This document shows, in pieces, positions 8,587-20,694 of a DNA stretch of 32,000 nucleotides. Location of the stretch: assembly GCA_000175855.1 (NCBI GenBank), contig ACYB01000038.1, positions 94,243 to 126,242 on the forward strand, in the 5' to 3' direction. How positions within the stretch are numbered: the stretch's first letter is position 1; every line of letters starts with the position of its first letter. The notes under the pieces are model-generated. The model did not search any database. It was not told the DNA's origin and saw only the letters and a program-made list of their open reading frames with translations. The DNA comes from Raphidiopsis brookii D9 (GTDB lineage: Bacteria; Cyanobacteriota; Cyanobacteriia; Cyanobacteriales; Nostocaceae). Made by a program: the position numbers and the translations under genes.

Positions 8587-9588
8587 ATGTCAACGCCCGC
8601 AAATAATTGGAATCGTCATCATATTCTTTCTCTAGCTGATTTTACTGTAAATGAATATAATGCTGTTTTACAAACAGCAGCTTCATTTAAAGAAGTGTTA
8701 TCACGACGAACTAAAAAAGTCCCCACTTTACAAGGACAAGTGGTAGCCAATCTCTTTTTTGAACCTTCCACCCGCACCAGAAGTAGTTTTGAAATAGCTG
8801 CTAAAAGGCTAAGTGCAGATACTCTAAATTTCTCTAGTGCTAGTTCCTCTATGACCAAGGGAGAAACAATTTTAGATACAGCTAAAACCTATTTAGCCAT
8901 GGGTACAGATATTATGGTGATTCGCCATAAAGAAGCAGGAGTACCACAGGCGATCGCCCGGGAAATGGATCGTTTAGGTGTAAAAGTTAGTGTATTAAAT
9001 GCTGGTGATGGCCAACATGAACATCCCTCCCAAGGACTATTAGATTTATTCACAATTTGTAGTTTAATTGATCCAGAACAACCCAAAATTGAATCATTAG
9101 CAGGTAAAAAGATTGCCATTATAGGTGACATTTTACACTCACGGGTTGCCAGGTCTAATATTTGGAGTTTGACCACCAGTGGTGCCCAAGTACATCTAGC
9201 AGCACCACCAACCTTACTACCCAAATACTTTAGTGAGTATGTAGGATCACAGGGAAATTCCCGGAGTTTATTCATCCATTGGCAATTGGATCCAGCTTTG
9301 GAGGATGCTGACTTTGTCATGACTTTAAGGTTGCAAAAAGAAAGGATGACTGGTAACCTGTTACCCAGTTTAAGAGAATATCATCAATTATTTGGCATTA
9401 CCAGGCAGAGATTAAAAGCTTGTAAACCTCAAGTAAAAGTACTACATCCAGGTCCAGTAAATAGGGGTGTGGAAATCAGTTCAGATTTAATGGACGATCC
9501 AGAATTCAGCCTAATTCAAGATCAGGTGACTAGTGGTGTAGCTGTGCGCATGGCACTATTGTATTTTATTGGTGGTGGGAAAGGTTAG
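8587..9588 (+). CDS. pyrB: Aspartate carbamoyltransferase catalytic subunit
   Basis: [25 protein letters not shown] and [13 protein letters not shown] motifs. Confidence 0.96.
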   Translation: MSTPANNWNRHHILSLADFTVNEYNAVLQTAASFKEVLSRRTKKVPTLQGQVVANLFFEPSTRTRSSFEIAAKRLSADTLNFSSASSSMTKGETILDTAKTYLAMGTDIMVIRHKEAGVPQAIAREMDRLGVKVSVLNAGDGQHEHPSQGLLDLFTICSLIDPEQPKIESLAGKKIAIIGDILHSRVARSNIWSLTTSGAQVHLAAPPTLLPKYFSEYVGSQGNSRSLFIHWQLDPALEDADFVMTLRLQKERMTGNLLPSLREYHQLFGITRQRLKACKPQVKVLHPGPVNRGVEISSDLMDDPEFSLIQDQVTSGVAVRMALLYFIGGGKG

Positions 9589-9644
9589 ACCAAATAACAA
9601 AAATGGTAAGATGAAAGTGAAAGCCAAATCCAAACACAACGACA

Positions 9645-12083
9645 ATGCGTATCTCTTTCAATTGGTTACGGGAACTCGTAGAAATTAAACTAACTCCGGA
9701 AGAACTAGCTCATACCCTAACAATGGCGGGGTTTGAGGTGGAGAGTATAGAGGATCGTCGCACTTGGGCGGATGGCGTTGTCATAGGGAAAGTTATAAAA
9801 CGGGAGCAGCATCCAAACGCGGACAAGTTAAGTGTTTGCACAGTAGATATAGGCAGTGAGGAAACACTAAATATTGTTTGTGGCGCATCAAATGTGTGTG
9901 CTGATATTTACGTGCCAGTTGCGACCAAGGGGACTTATTTGCCCAATATTGATTTAAAAATCAAACCGACGAAGCTCAGAGGTGTACCTTCCAACGGGAT
10001 GATTTGTTCATTAAAAGAATTGGGTTTACCCACAGACATAGACGGGATTCATATTTTCAGACAAGAGGGTTTAACCCTAGGTAGGGAAGTAGGTCCCATC
10101 CTAGGTTTGGACGATGTGATTTTAGATGTCACAGCTACCGCTAATCGTGCAGATGCTTTATCCATGGTAGGGATTGCCAGGGAAATTGCAGCATTAACGG
10201 GTGGAAAGCTATCCCTTCCTCAACTAACAGGAGTAGAAATTACCCCCAGCACTGGGCAAAAAATCCGGGTGAAAATTTCTGAACAGCACGCTTGTCCTCT
10301 ATATATTGGTACCCTAATAGAAAACGTGAAAATTGCTGCTTCTCCTGAATGGTTGCAAAGACGTTTAATTGCTGCGGGTGTACGTCCAATTAACAACATA
10401 GTAGATATTACAAATTATGTGTTATTAGAAAGAGGACAACCTCTACACGCTTTTGATAAATCCAGATTAGAGCAGGTAGGTGGGGGAACAGATGTAACTA
10501 TTGGTGTGAGATTTGCTCAAGCTGGAGAAACTCTCAAAACCCTAGATGGACAAACCCGGAACTTATCTACTCAGAACTTATTAATTACCGCTAACAATCA
10601 ACCGGTAGCTCTAGCAGGGGTTATGGGTGGGGAAGAAACAGAGATTCATCCAGGTACAACTAGTTTATTTTTAGAAGCTGCACTATTCAATTCAGTCGCT
10701 ATTCGTCGTTCCTCTCGTAGTGTGGGTTTAAGAAGTGAAGCATCAGGAAGATACGAAAGAGGAGTCAATTGGGCAGAATTAGCAATAGCTTCTGACCGAG
10801 CTTTATCTCTCATGCAGGAGTTAGCAGATGCTAAAGTTGTTCATCAAGAAACTTCTGATTACCGTCCCGATAATGCTCTAAAGAATCATCCCATTATTTT
10901 GCGATTAGAGAGAATTAATCAAGTGTTAGGTCCCATTGATTTGGGCGCAGAAACGGGAGAGTTAAAAGCAGCAGATGTGGAAAGGATTCTCACAGCTTTA
11001 GGATGCGAACTAACTGATAATCAGGATGGTAGTTGGCAAGTGAAAGTACCATCTTATCGCTATTCCGATTTGGAAAGGGAAATTGATTTAATTGAAGAAA
11101 TTGCCCGACTTTACGGTTATGATAACTTTGTTGATACTCTACCAGAAAAAACGGAACCGGGTTATTTACCCTTAGACCAGGAACTACTGCGAAAATTACG
11201 TGGTTATTTAAGAGCAGAGGGTTTAACAGAGTTAATGCACTACTCCTTAGTCAAACCCGGTGAAGACAGGCAAATTCTTTTAAATAATCCTTTATTTACC
11301 GAATATTCAGCCCTGAGAACCGACTTGATTTCTGGTTTAATTGATGCTTTTGAATATAATCTACAGCAAGGAAATGGGGCGTTAAATGGTTTTGAAATTG
11401 GCACCATTTTCTCTAGAGAAGAAGAAGGACTAGAAGAATCACAAGTCATTGCAGGAATTATGGGAGGTGATACTACCGTCGGTAGATGGTTCAATGGTGG
11501 AAAAGAAAATCCCATGACCTGGTTCGCAGCAAAAGGTATTTTAGAAAATGTCTTTCAACAACTGGGAATGCAGGTAGAATTTCAACCAGAAAATCGAGAT
11601 AGAAGGTTACATCCCGGAAGGACAGCTTCCTTATGGTTAGGAGGAGCTAGACTGGGAACTTTTGGACAAGTTCATCCCCAACTCAGACGAGAAAAGAGTT
11701 TACCAGATGCAGTTTATGTCTTCCAATTAGATTTGGATACCTTACTCAGTACCCTGGATAATGATGAATTATTGATTCCTAAATTTAAACCCTATTCTAC
11801 CTATCCCGCAAGCGATCGCGATTTGGCGTTTTTCGCGTCTGTAAAAGTTACGGTTGGGGAGATTGAAAAGGTAATTACTAAAGCTGGTAAGGGGTTGCTA
11901 GAGTCTGTAGAAGTCTTTGATGAATACAGAGGTGAAAATGTCCCCATAGGACAAAGAAGTTTAGGTTTTCGGTTAGTTTATCGTGCGGTTGACCACACTT
12001 TGACTGATAATGAGGTTGAACCAATACACCATAAAATTCGAGAATCCCTAGTAGAAAAATTCGGTGTTACTTTGAGAAGTTAA
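9645..12083 (+). CDS. pheT: Phenylalanine--tRNA ligase beta subunit
   Basis: Full-length 812 aa: N-terminal [12 protein letters not shown], tRNA-binding domain, B3/B4, B5 and C-terminal FDX-ACB ([11 protein letters not shown]…LTDNEV). Confidence 0.96.
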   Translation: MRISFNWLRELVEIKLTPEELAHTLTMAGFEVESIEDRRTWADGVVIGKVIKREQHPNADKLSVCTVDIGSEETLNIVCGASNVCADIYVPVATKGTYLPNIDLKIKPTKLRGVPSNGMICSLKELGLPTDIDGIHIFRQEGLTLGREVGPILGLDDVILDVTATANRADALSMVGIAREIAALTGGKLSLPQLTGVEITPSTGQKIRVKISEQHACPLYIGTLIENVKIAASPEWLQRRLIAAGVRPINNIVDITNYVLLERGQPLHAFDKSRLEQVGGGTDVTIGVRFAQAGETLKTLDGQTRNLSTQNLLITANNQPVALAGVMGGEETEIHPGTTSLFLEAALFNSVAIRRSSRSVGLRSEASGRYERGVNWAELAIASDRALSLMQELADAKVVHQETSDYRPDNALKNHPIILRLERINQVLGPIDLGAETGELKAADVERILTALGCELTDNQDGSWQVKVPSYRYSDLEREIDLIEEIARLYGYDNFVDTLPEKTEPGYLPLDQELLRKLRGYLRAEGLTELMHYSLVKPGEDRQILLNNPLFTEYSALRTDLISGLIDAFEYNLQQGNGALNGFEIGTIFSREEEGLEESQVIAGIMGGDTTVGRWFNGGKENPMTWFAAKGILENVFQQLGMQVEFQPENRDRRLHPGRTASLWLGGARLGTFGQVHPQLRREKSLPDAVYVFQLDLDTLLSTLDNDELLIPKFKPYSTYPASDRDLAFFASVKVTVGEIEKVITKAGKGLLESVEVFDEYRGENVPIGQRSLGFRLVYRAVDHTLTDNEVEPIHHKIRESLVEKFGVTLRS

Positions 12084-12140
12084 CTCCCTAGGGAGCAGCA
12101 GATTAAGCTTAACAACTACAAATATCAGAGGAAGAAGATC

Positions 12141-12411
12141 ATGGCAAAATATATTATGTGGGGTAGTTATTGCGAAGAGGTTTTAACCAAACGGGAACCT
12201 TATCGTCAAGCGCATCTAGAGGGACTGGCAAAACAAAAAGGATGCGGGAATACTAATTACCATAGGTCCCACTAAGGATATTACTAAGGTCTTTGGTATT
12301 TATGAAGCTGAGAGCGAAAGCGCCGTGAGTCAACTCATAGAAGCTGACCCCTATTGGAAAAATGGTATTTGGACAGAGTATATAGTTAAAGAGTGGATTC
12401 AAGCTTTTTAA
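12141..12411 (+). pseudogene. YciI-like protein gene interrupted by a single-nucleotide insertion
   Basis: Frame 1: MAKYIMWGSYCEEVLTKREPYRQAHLEGLAKQK, then frameshift. Frame 2 continues GILITIGPTKDITKVFGIYEAESESAVSQLIEADPYWKNGIWTEYIVKEWIQAF*. Removing one G at about 12240-12241 restores QKDAGILITIGPT. Confidence 0.8.
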
Positions 12412-12429
12412 ACCAAATGTTTAAAAACT

Positions 12430-12642
12430 TCATCGTTTCAGTGCTCTTTTAAAATTGCGTCTAAAGGAGGTGTTGATCAGGTAGAAAACTGGCCACAGAA
12501 TACTAAATTTTAAGCGATTCAAAAATCTTTGACTGAAATGTGTTCTTTCAAAACCAAACCAGAACCGCCAAGCGAAAGCCAGATAAATAAAGGCAAGTCC
12601 AATAATTATTAGTTGCACCTTCTTACACTCCTGTAAAGACAT
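12430..12642 (-). CDS. Small hypothetical membrane protein
   Basis: Up to 70 aa with a hydrophobic VQLIIIGLAFIYLAFAWRFWFGF segment. A GTG start inside the ORF, preceded by CAGGAG, is an alternative. Confidence 0.5.
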   Translation of the reverse strand: MSLQECKKVQLIIIGLAFIYLAFAWRFWFGFERTHFSQRFLNRLKFSILWPVFYLINTSFRRNFKRALKR

Positions 12643-12647
12643 GCCCA

Positions 12648-12676
12648 GTAATATGGATTCATAGAATCCATATTAC
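12648..12676. repeat. Perfect 13-bp inverted repeat with 3-nt loop
   Basis: GTAATATGGATTC (12648-12660) ATA GAATCCATATTAC (12664-12676). Confidence 0.9.
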
Positions 12677-13031
12677 CAACTGTTTTAACCATTGTCAAGA
12701 GTAAAGGGACAAAAATTTTAAGAAATTTGCTGCGAGAACACGTAAAATTACGCATAATAATTTAATTGATTCATTATGAGGAATCGCTTATTGTATAATA
12801 ATCTGGTGTATAGCCAGAGACGAGCCATGATGCTCACCTAACCTAGTAGAGACTTGCTGAGAAAGAAGTCAATCATACAATCTTGAGGATCAGATAAGTA
12901 AATTTGCTAGACTTTTATAAGATGTCTCTTGTGGAAGTTCCTCAAAAGTCAAAATTAATAGGAGACTAAAAAAGAAGAGCCATATTTTATAACGAATCTA
13001 TATGCAATTCAGCTCGTCCACAGGAGGATTT

Positions 13032-15557
13032 ATGCGTGCAGTGCTAATGGCAGGTGGTTCAGGTACAAGACTACGTCCTTTAACCTGTGATCTACCCAAA
13101 CCAATGGTTCCCATCTTAAACAGACCAATTGCTGAACATATTATTCATCTTCTTCGAGAAAATGAAATTACGGAAATAATTGCCACATTACACTACTTAC
13201 CAGATGTAATTCGGGAATATTTTCAAGATGGTAGTGATTTTGGGGTGCAAATCACCTATGCAATTGAAGAAGAACAAGGTCTAGGCACAGCGGGTTGTGT
13301 TAAGAATGTAGCTGAACTATTAGACGAGACATTTTTAGTAATAAGTGGTGATAGCATTACAGATTTTGATTTAAAAGCAGCCATTGAGTTTCATAGGCAA
13401 AAAAACTCCAAGGCCACTTTAATATTAACCCGTGTTCCCAACCCAATTGAGTTTGGAGTGGTAATTACAGATGAGGAAGGACACATCAGAAGATTTTTAG
13501 AAAAACCTTCCACAGGGGAAGTTTTTTCCGACACGGTTAATACGGGCATTTATGTTTTAGAACCAGAAGTTTTAGAATACCTACCAGAAAATACGGAATC
13601 TGATTTTTCAAAAGACCTATTCCCCTTGCTATTAGAGAAAAATGAACCCATTTATGGTTATATTGCCCGAGGCTACTGGTGTGATGTAGGTCACCTAGAT
13701 GCCTACAGAGAAGCACAATATGATGCTTTAAGGAGGAAAGTGAAATTAGAGATTGCCTATAGGGAAGTTTCTCCCTCCCAATGGATAGGGCAAAATACTT
13801 ATATTGACCCCACAGCAAAAATTGAGAGTCCCACTATTATTGGTAATAATTGCCGAATTGGGGCCAGGGTAAAAATTGAGGATGGCACAGTAATTGGTGA
13901 TAATGTAACCATTGGTGCAGATGCGAATTTAAAACGTCCCATAGTCTGGAATGGAGCGATTATTGGGGAAGAAGCAGAACTATCTGCTTGTGTTATTTCC
14001 CGTGGTACTAGGGTAAACCGTCGTGCCCATGTAATGGAAGCTGCTATTGTGGGTTCCTTGTCTACGGTAGGAGAAGAGGCACAAATTAATCCAGGGATTC
14101 GGGTTTGGCCGAGTAAAAAGATTGAATCTGGTGCTGTTTTAAACATCAATTTGATATGGGGAAACACCGCTCAAAGAAACTTATTTGGTCAGCGAGGGGT
14201 ACAAGGTTTGGCAAACATTGATATTAGTCCAGAATTTGCTGTGAAACTAGGTGTAGCTTATGGTTCCACCTTAAAACCAGGTTCCATAGTCAGCGTTTCC
14301 CGTGATCAGCGCACCGTCTCACGCATGGTCACCCGTTCTCTGATTGCTGGGTTAATGTCCGTAGGGGTAGATATTCAAAATCTTGACTCCACTGCAATTC
14401 CCATTACTAGAACCGTAATTCCCAAAATGGCTTTAGTTGGTGGAATTCATGTGCGGGTGCACCCGGACCGTCCTGATTATATCCTGATTGAGTTTATGGA
14501 TGGTAAAGGAATTAATATTACTAAAGCTCAGGAAAAGAAAATTGAAGGCGCTTATTTTAAAGAGGACATGCGAAGGGCACAAAGTCATGAAATTGGAGAC
14601 GTGTCCTATCCTGGTCAAGTCATAGATTATTATTGTACAGCTTTTGAAAATCTTTTAAATGTAGAAACCTTACGTAATAGTCGAGCTAAGATTGTTATCG
14701 ACTATGTTTATGCTGTTTCTGGTGCTGTCCTACCCCAGCTGTTGGATAAATTTGGTGCGGATGCAGTAGTTTTAAATGCTAGTGTAAATAGAACATCAAT
14801 GACTATAACAACCAAAGAGGGTCTATTAACTCAATTAGGTCATGTAGTGGAAGCGTTGAAAGCGAACTTTGGTGTGCAGGTGTCCGCAAATGGGGAACAA
14901 CTAATTTTAGTGGATGAGTCTGGTTATCCCGTGCGGGGAGAAATGCTGACAGCATTAATGGTAGAAATGATGTTAACAGCTAATCCTCGAAGTTCTGTAG
15001 TTGTACCAGTTCATGCTTCGAGTGCAGTGGAACAGGTAGCACGTCGTCATGATGGTAGAGTAATTCGCACCAAAGCCAACCCTACAGCTTTAATGGAAGC
15101 TTGTCAGAAAAATCCCCATGTAGTATTAGGTGGTAGTGGAGAAACTGGTTTTATTTTCCCCCAATTACATCCTGGATTTGATTCCATGTTTTGCATTGCT
15201 AAATTAATTGAAATGTTAACAATTCAGGAGCGTTCCTTGACTGCTGTCCGGGGAGAGTTACCGCGAGTGATTCATAAAAACTCTACCATTCGTTGTCCTT
15301 GGATTACCAAAGGAGCTTTAATGCGTTATCTAGTGGAAACTCATCCCGCACACAACCTAGAATTGATTGACGGAGTAAAAATTTGCCAATCTTATGATGA
15401 CAGTTGGGTATTAGTATTACCAGATGCAAGTGAACCCTTAGTGCATTTATTTGTTAACAGTAGTGATAAGGAGTGGGCGGACGAAAATATGAGGATTTAC
15501 CGTTATCGTGTACAAACTTTTGTGGAACGCCAACAGGAACATTACGCAGAAGTTTAA
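13032..15557 (+). CDS. Mannose-1-phosphate guanylyltransferase-like protein: nucleotidyltransferase + left-handed beta-helix + phosphomannomutase-like domain (ORF call 13002; likely ATG 13032)
   Basis: MRAVLMAGGSGTRLRPLTCDLPKPMVPI signature, hexapeptide repeats (IGNNCRIGARVKIEDGTVIGDNVTIG), and a C-terminal PGM/PMM-like region (LGGSGETGFIFPQLHPGFDSM). Confidence 0.9.
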   Translation: MRAVLMAGGSGTRLRPLTCDLPKPMVPILNRPIAEHIIHLLRENEITEIIATLHYLPDVIREYFQDGSDFGVQITYAIEEEQGLGTAGCVKNVAELLDETFLVISGDSITDFDLKAAIEFHRQKNSKATLILTRVPNPIEFGVVITDEEGHIRRFLEKPSTGEVFSDTVNTGIYVLEPEVLEYLPENTESDFSKDLFPLLLEKNEPIYGYIARGYWCDVGHLDAYREAQYDALRRKVKLEIAYREVSPSQWIGQNTYIDPTAKIESPTIIGNNCRIGARVKIEDGTVIGDNVTIGADANLKRPIVWNGAIIGEEAELSACVISRGTRVNRRAHVMEAAIVGSLSTVGEEAQINPGIRVWPSKKIESGAVLNINLIWGNTAQRNLFGQRGVQGLANIDISPEFAVKLGVAYGSTLKPGSIVSVSRDQRTVSRMVTRSLIAGLMSVGVDIQNLDSTAIPITRTVIPKMALVGGIHVRVHPDRPDYILIEFMDGKGINITKAQEKKIEGAYFKEDMRRAQSHEIGDVSYPGQVIDYYCTAFENLLNVETLRNSRAKIVIDYVYAVSGAVLPQLLDKFGADAVVLNASVNRTSMTITTKEGLLTQLGHVVEALKANFGVQVSANGEQLILVDESGYPVRGEMLTALMVEMMLTANPRSSVVVPVHASSAVEQVARRHDGRVIRTKANPTALMEACQKNPHVVLGGSGETGFIFPQLHPGFDSMFCIAKLIEMLTIQERSLTAVRGELPRVIHKNSTIRCPWITKGALMRYLVETHPAHNLELIDGVKICQSYDDSWVLVLPDASEPLVHLFVNSSDKEWADENMRIYRYRVQTFVERQQEHYAEV

Positions 15558-15562
15558 ACTGG

Positions 15563-15595
15563 GAATTGTAGCAGGTAAGATGCCTGCCACAATTC
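15563..15595 (-). terminator. Hairpin between convergent genes, likely terminator region for thiC and/or the upstream + strand gene
   Basis: GAATTGTAGCAGG (15563-15575) / CCTGCCACAATTC (15583-15595). There is one mismatch, which is a G-U wobble on the minus-strand transcript. Confidence 0.5.
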
Positions 15596-15616
15596 ATTAC
15601 TTCGGATTTAGAAGAT

Positions 15617-17088
<1,472 letters not shown>

Positions 17089-17117
17089 ATGTGTACAATT
17101 TTAGCACGTGGAATTGA

Positions 17118-18020
17118 TCAACGATCTGGGCGCCATCTGGTTTGAAACCTTTCCCAGGATAATTTTAATTCTTCTGGCGGTGGATTTTTACCATCATAAA
17201 CCAAAATTACATTGGTCAGTTTTCTTGCTGGTGGGACCAAAATCACATTATCTGATGCTAAGGCTCTAGATGGTCCACCGTCTAAATTCATTGCTTCATA
17301 GCACCCTATAGCTTTCATTGCTTCAGCTTCTTCTTCTAAATATAACTTCTCATCGAAATTGGCTAAAAAAAGTCTTTTGCCGTCTTCAGAGAAACCAATT
17401 GCGGTTCTGAGACTAGTACCTAAAACAGCAGGGTCTTTAAAACCCTCAAGACGGGGATTGACCGAAACTTCACCATTGCGCAATAATCGTGGTCCAGAGG
17501 TAATAGAAAACCAGTGTTTATTCCATTCTGGTCTACCTTCAACCCTTGCTGTTATCATTTCTGGTTTATTACCAACACCCAATCCCAAAGTGGTGCCAAA
17601 GTTTTCCCATGGGCTATATTTTAAGGATCTTCCACCTGCGACCAGATTACCCATAACCGTTTTTTGGGGATTTGTGTAAGCAAAAGTACCATTCACCACC
17701 ACCGCAGCTCCAGAGCGAGCAACCAATTGGTCAAAATTCTCATCACCATTGGTTCTACTAATTGTATTGGCAAAATTGGCACTGTTGGGTAAACCAATGG
17801 TCAGAAGAATATTAGGATCTTCCAAATCAATGATTGTTTGATAAAATGGGATACCGTTAATTTGACTTCTATATGCTCGTACAGTCGGTATGATAGTTGG
17901 TGTCAGACTCGGTTGGCTGGGTGTAGTCGGTCTAACGGGCAAATCCAATCTCCAAACCTGGGTTAAAAAGGCACCTCCAAAAAGTAAAAAGGAGCGCCGA
18001 GGAACTTTAAACTTGGTCAT
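17118..18020 (-). CDS. Phosphodiester glycosidase-family (NAGPA-like) secreted protein
   Basis: AVVVNGTFAY, GPRLLRNGEVSVNPR, RTAIGFSEDGKRLFLANFD and CYEAMNLDGGPSRAL. Leader-like hydrophobic N-terminus. Confidence 0.75.
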   Translation of the reverse strand: MTKFKVPRRSFLLFGGAFLTQVWRLDLPVRPTTPSQPSLTPTIIPTVRAYRSQINGIPFYQTIIDLEDPNILLTIGLPNSANFANTISRTNGDENFDQLVARSGAAVVVNGTFAYTNPQKTVMGNLVAGGRSLKYSPWENFGTTLGLGVGNKPEMITARVEGRPEWNKHWFSITSGPRLLRNGEVSVNPRLEGFKDPAVLGTSLRTAIGFSEDGKRLFLANFDEKLYLEEEAEAMKAIGCYEAMNLDGGPSRALASDNVILVPPARKLTNVILVYDGKNPPPEELKLSWERFQTRWRPDR

Positions 18021-18056
18021 AATAAAACCTTGTCAAGTGTTGAAAGCTAAGAAATG

Positions 18057-18632
18057 ATGGCTCACAACTTCAAGTATATTATTTTTCATAAGCCCTATGG
18101 AGTCCTGAGCCAATTTACCCGGGAACTTCCTGAACATGTTACCCTCAAAGACTATATTGATGTCCCGGATGTATATCCTGTGGGACGTTTAGATTGGGAT
18201 AGCGAGGGGTTACTGTTACTCACCAATGATGGCAAATTACAACATCATATTGCCAACCCCCGTTTTGGTCACCAACGTACCTATTGGGTTCAGGTGGAAC
18301 GCATTCCTGACCCAGTAGCTATTGCTAAATTGGGCCAGGGAGTGGAAATTCAAAATTATCGCACTCTTCCTGCTCAGGTTAAACTGTTATTGGAAGAGCC
18401 AACTGTTGGTGAGCGTCACCCTCCCATCAGGTATAGGAAAAACGTTCCCACCGCTTGGTTGGAAATGACCCTCAAGGAAGGAAAAAACCGTCAAGTTAGA
18501 CGTATGACCGCTGCTGTGGGTTTTCCTACCTTAAGGTTAATTAGAATCCGTATAGCTCAACTACAATTAGATGATTTACCGGTGGGTACCTGGCGCTATC
18601 TTGGCCCTGTCGAGGTCAATTTAATTGTTTAA
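18057..18632 (+). CDS. 23S rRNA pseudouridine synthase, RluE/RsuA family
   Basis: FHKPYGVLSQF, YPVGRLDWDSEGLLLLTNDGKL, EGKNRQVRRMTAAVGFPTLRLIRIRI. Confidence 0.93.
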   Translation: MAHNFKYIIFHKPYGVLSQFTRELPEHVTLKDYIDVPDVYPVGRLDWDSEGLLLLTNDGKLQHHIANPRFGHQRTYWVQVERIPDPVAIAKLGQGVEIQNYRTLPAQVKLLLEEPTVGERHPPIRYRKNVPTAWLEMTLKEGKNRQVRRMTAAVGFPTLRLIRIRIAQLQLDDLPVGTWRYLGPVEVNLIV

Positions 18633-18737
18633 TGGAGAAATCGCTGGTAAGCTATTGCTCAAGAGCATAAATAATTTTAAAAACTATTATGGTTGACCAC
18701 AGTTTTTCCCTAACAAAAGAGCTTTTGCACTACTTAA

Positions 18738-18768
18738 AAAGCGATCGCCCCAGACGATCGCTTTTTGT
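18738..18768. terminator. Bidirectional intrinsic terminator built on a HIP1-like core
   Basis: AAAAAGCGATCG (18738-18749), 7-nt loop, CGATCGCTTTTT (18757-18768). It lies between the + strand pseudouridine synthase gene and the - strand ctaB. Confidence 0.75.
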
Positions 18769-18785
18769 TTGTCTGGAGAAAGTTC

Positions 18786-19740
18786 CTAACCAACCAAATG
18801 GAAACTGTGGAGAATTGTATTCACCAAATAATGGGTAAAGGGTAAACTATCAATTACCATTCCTAAACACAATAGCATCATGTAAGAAATAGAGTACAAA
18901 AACAACTCTTTGGCAATAGTTTTATCTTCCGGATTTTGCAATAATCGCCAAGATTTGTGCAGAAAGATTCCACCCAAGGTCATGGCTATCACCACATAAA
19001 CAATCCCACTAGCATGTAAGGGATAAAACAACAATACCGTAGAGGTCACGGTAATTACCGTATAAAACCAAATCTGTCGGACCGTGGCTTGATTACCGGC
19101 AACCACAGGTAACATAGGAATCCCAACTTTTGCGTAGTCGTCCCGAATCATCATGGCTAAAGCCCAGAAGTGGGGGGTGTCCATAAAAATACAATGGCAA
19201 AAAGTAAACCAAGCTGCCCAACTCAAGGTATCTGTAACTGCTGCCCAACCAACTAAAGCGGGAATGGCACCAGCTGCACCCCCAATAACAATGTTTTGAG
19301 TGCTATGGCGTTTTAGCCAATGGGTATAGACTAAAACATAAAAAACAATACCAGAAAATGCTAAAAGTGCAGCCAGTAGATTGGCAAAAACAGTTAATAG
19401 GGTAAAGGAAGCTATAGCTAGGGCGATCGCAAAAATTAAAAGCATCCCTAAATTGCACCTTACCAGAGGGCATGGGACGGTGACGCGTCCTTTCCATTTC
19501 ATAATCTATATCCCGGTCATAGATACAGTTAATGGTTTGGGCGCTAGCTGCTGCCAGGGTTCCACCCAAGAGAGTCACTAATAATAGCCAAGGGTCAACT
19601 TGTCCTTTAGCAGCGATCCACATACTACCAGAAGTAGTAATCAAAAGCAGCGGAATAATCCGAGGCTTAGTTAACTGATAGTAACTTTGAATCACTTGCA
19701 AAAATGAATCATGGTGACGAGAGACATTAGTCTCAATCAT
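18786..19740 (-). pseudogene. ctaB: Protoheme IX farnesyltransferase (heme O synthase), interrupted by a +1 nt frameshift at about 19434-19443
   Basis: N-terminal frame (19740 down): [17 protein letters not shown]…[32 protein letters not shown]-terminal frame (to 18786): [16 protein letters not shown]…[14 protein letters not shown]-like…DTPHFWALAMMIRDDYAKVGIPMLPVVAG. Deleting one T from GCTTTTAATT joins them as [11 protein letters not shown]. Confidence 0.88.
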
Positions 19741-19766
19741 GTTGGTTATACTTCCTTTATCAATTA

Positions 19767-20694
19767 CTAATTATTTAGGTAACTAGGGTTACTAATGCTT
19801 CTGTCTCGTAAAGCCAGAACGGTAAAAACTACTAGAGTTCCTAACAGAGTAGCTCCGACTGCTTGGTGAGTTATAGTGAGAGGTTCAACTTGTAAATGTA
19901 ATCGGAAGGTGGCCAAACCCAACAGCAATTGTGAAATTAACAACCCACCTGCTAGATTAGCCAATTTTCGCAAAACGGGATGTAATGCTGGAGTACGCCA
20001 GGAAATAAAGACCATGGACAAAGTTGCTACCGTGGGGGGTAATAAACCAAAAATATGGCTATACATAACACCACACAACTCCTCTCCTGCTAAACATTGA
20101 TGTAATGCCCAACGGGAACCTACCAAAGCACCTAAAAGACTTTGTAGATAGACCAAAACTGCAGCTGTTAAACTCACCCAAGGAAGTTTGCCCACAGCAC
20201 CTGTTCCTTTATAAGGAATAAGGAATGTACCAATGACTAATAGAGTAGTGAAAAATAAGAGTGCGGTTGCTAAATGAGCAGTTACAATATCAAACCGCAA
20301 CAATTCAGTCACGGTCAGTCCGCCCAAAATTCCTTGAAATACGATTAATAACAGAGCGAAAGTAGCAGCTCCTGGTAACCATAGAGGTAAAACACGACGA
20401 TGCCACCAACATAAACCTGTTAAGGCAATCGCACTTAAGCCAATTAAAAGCAGCATCTAATCTATGGAACCACTCCAAGAAGACTTGAAGATTCATTTGT
20501 TTAGTCGGCACCAATTCGCCATAACACAAGGGCCAGTCTGGACAAGCCAAACCAGCATTCATTACGCGAGTAGCACTACCTATAGCCATCAAAATCAAAG
20601 TGGCTATACAAATTTTCCAAACCAGGCGCCGAATGAGTTCCTGGGGATGATTCTCTACCGCCTCATTTTGTTGTTCTAGGACAAATTCACTCAT
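19767..20694 (-). pseudogene. ctaA: Heme A synthase, interrupted by a +1 nt frameshift at about 20442-20451 (likely ATG 20694)
   Basis: N-terminal frame: MSEFVLEQQNEAVENHPQELIRRLVWKICIATLILMAIGSATRVMNAGLACPDWPLCYGELVP…FLEWFHRLDAA. C-terminal frame: LIGLSAIALTGLCWWHRR…THQAVGATLLGTLVV. Deleting one T from GCTTTTAATT joins them as LDAALIGLSAIA. Confidence 0.88.

Noticed and set aside
8177-9320. Antisense ORFs inside mgtE and pyrB (8177..8515, 8619..8858, 8889..9320)
   Set aside because: They overlap conserved housekeeping genes on the opposite strand, and no domain signal was seen.
13537-14618. Minus-strand ORFs inside the nucleotidyltransferase/phosphomannomutase-like gene
   Set aside because: They are fully contained in a well-supported 842-codon gene on the opposite strand with no independent signals.
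19434-20451. Programmed ribosomal frameshifting as the primary explanation for ctaA/ctaB breaks
   Set aside because: A run of only four T, a non-classical slippery codon (GCU UUU A) and no nearby stop codon or obvious Shine-Dalgarno-like stimulator make recoding unlikely. Error or recent mutation is favoured, although the identical context keeps it worth testing.
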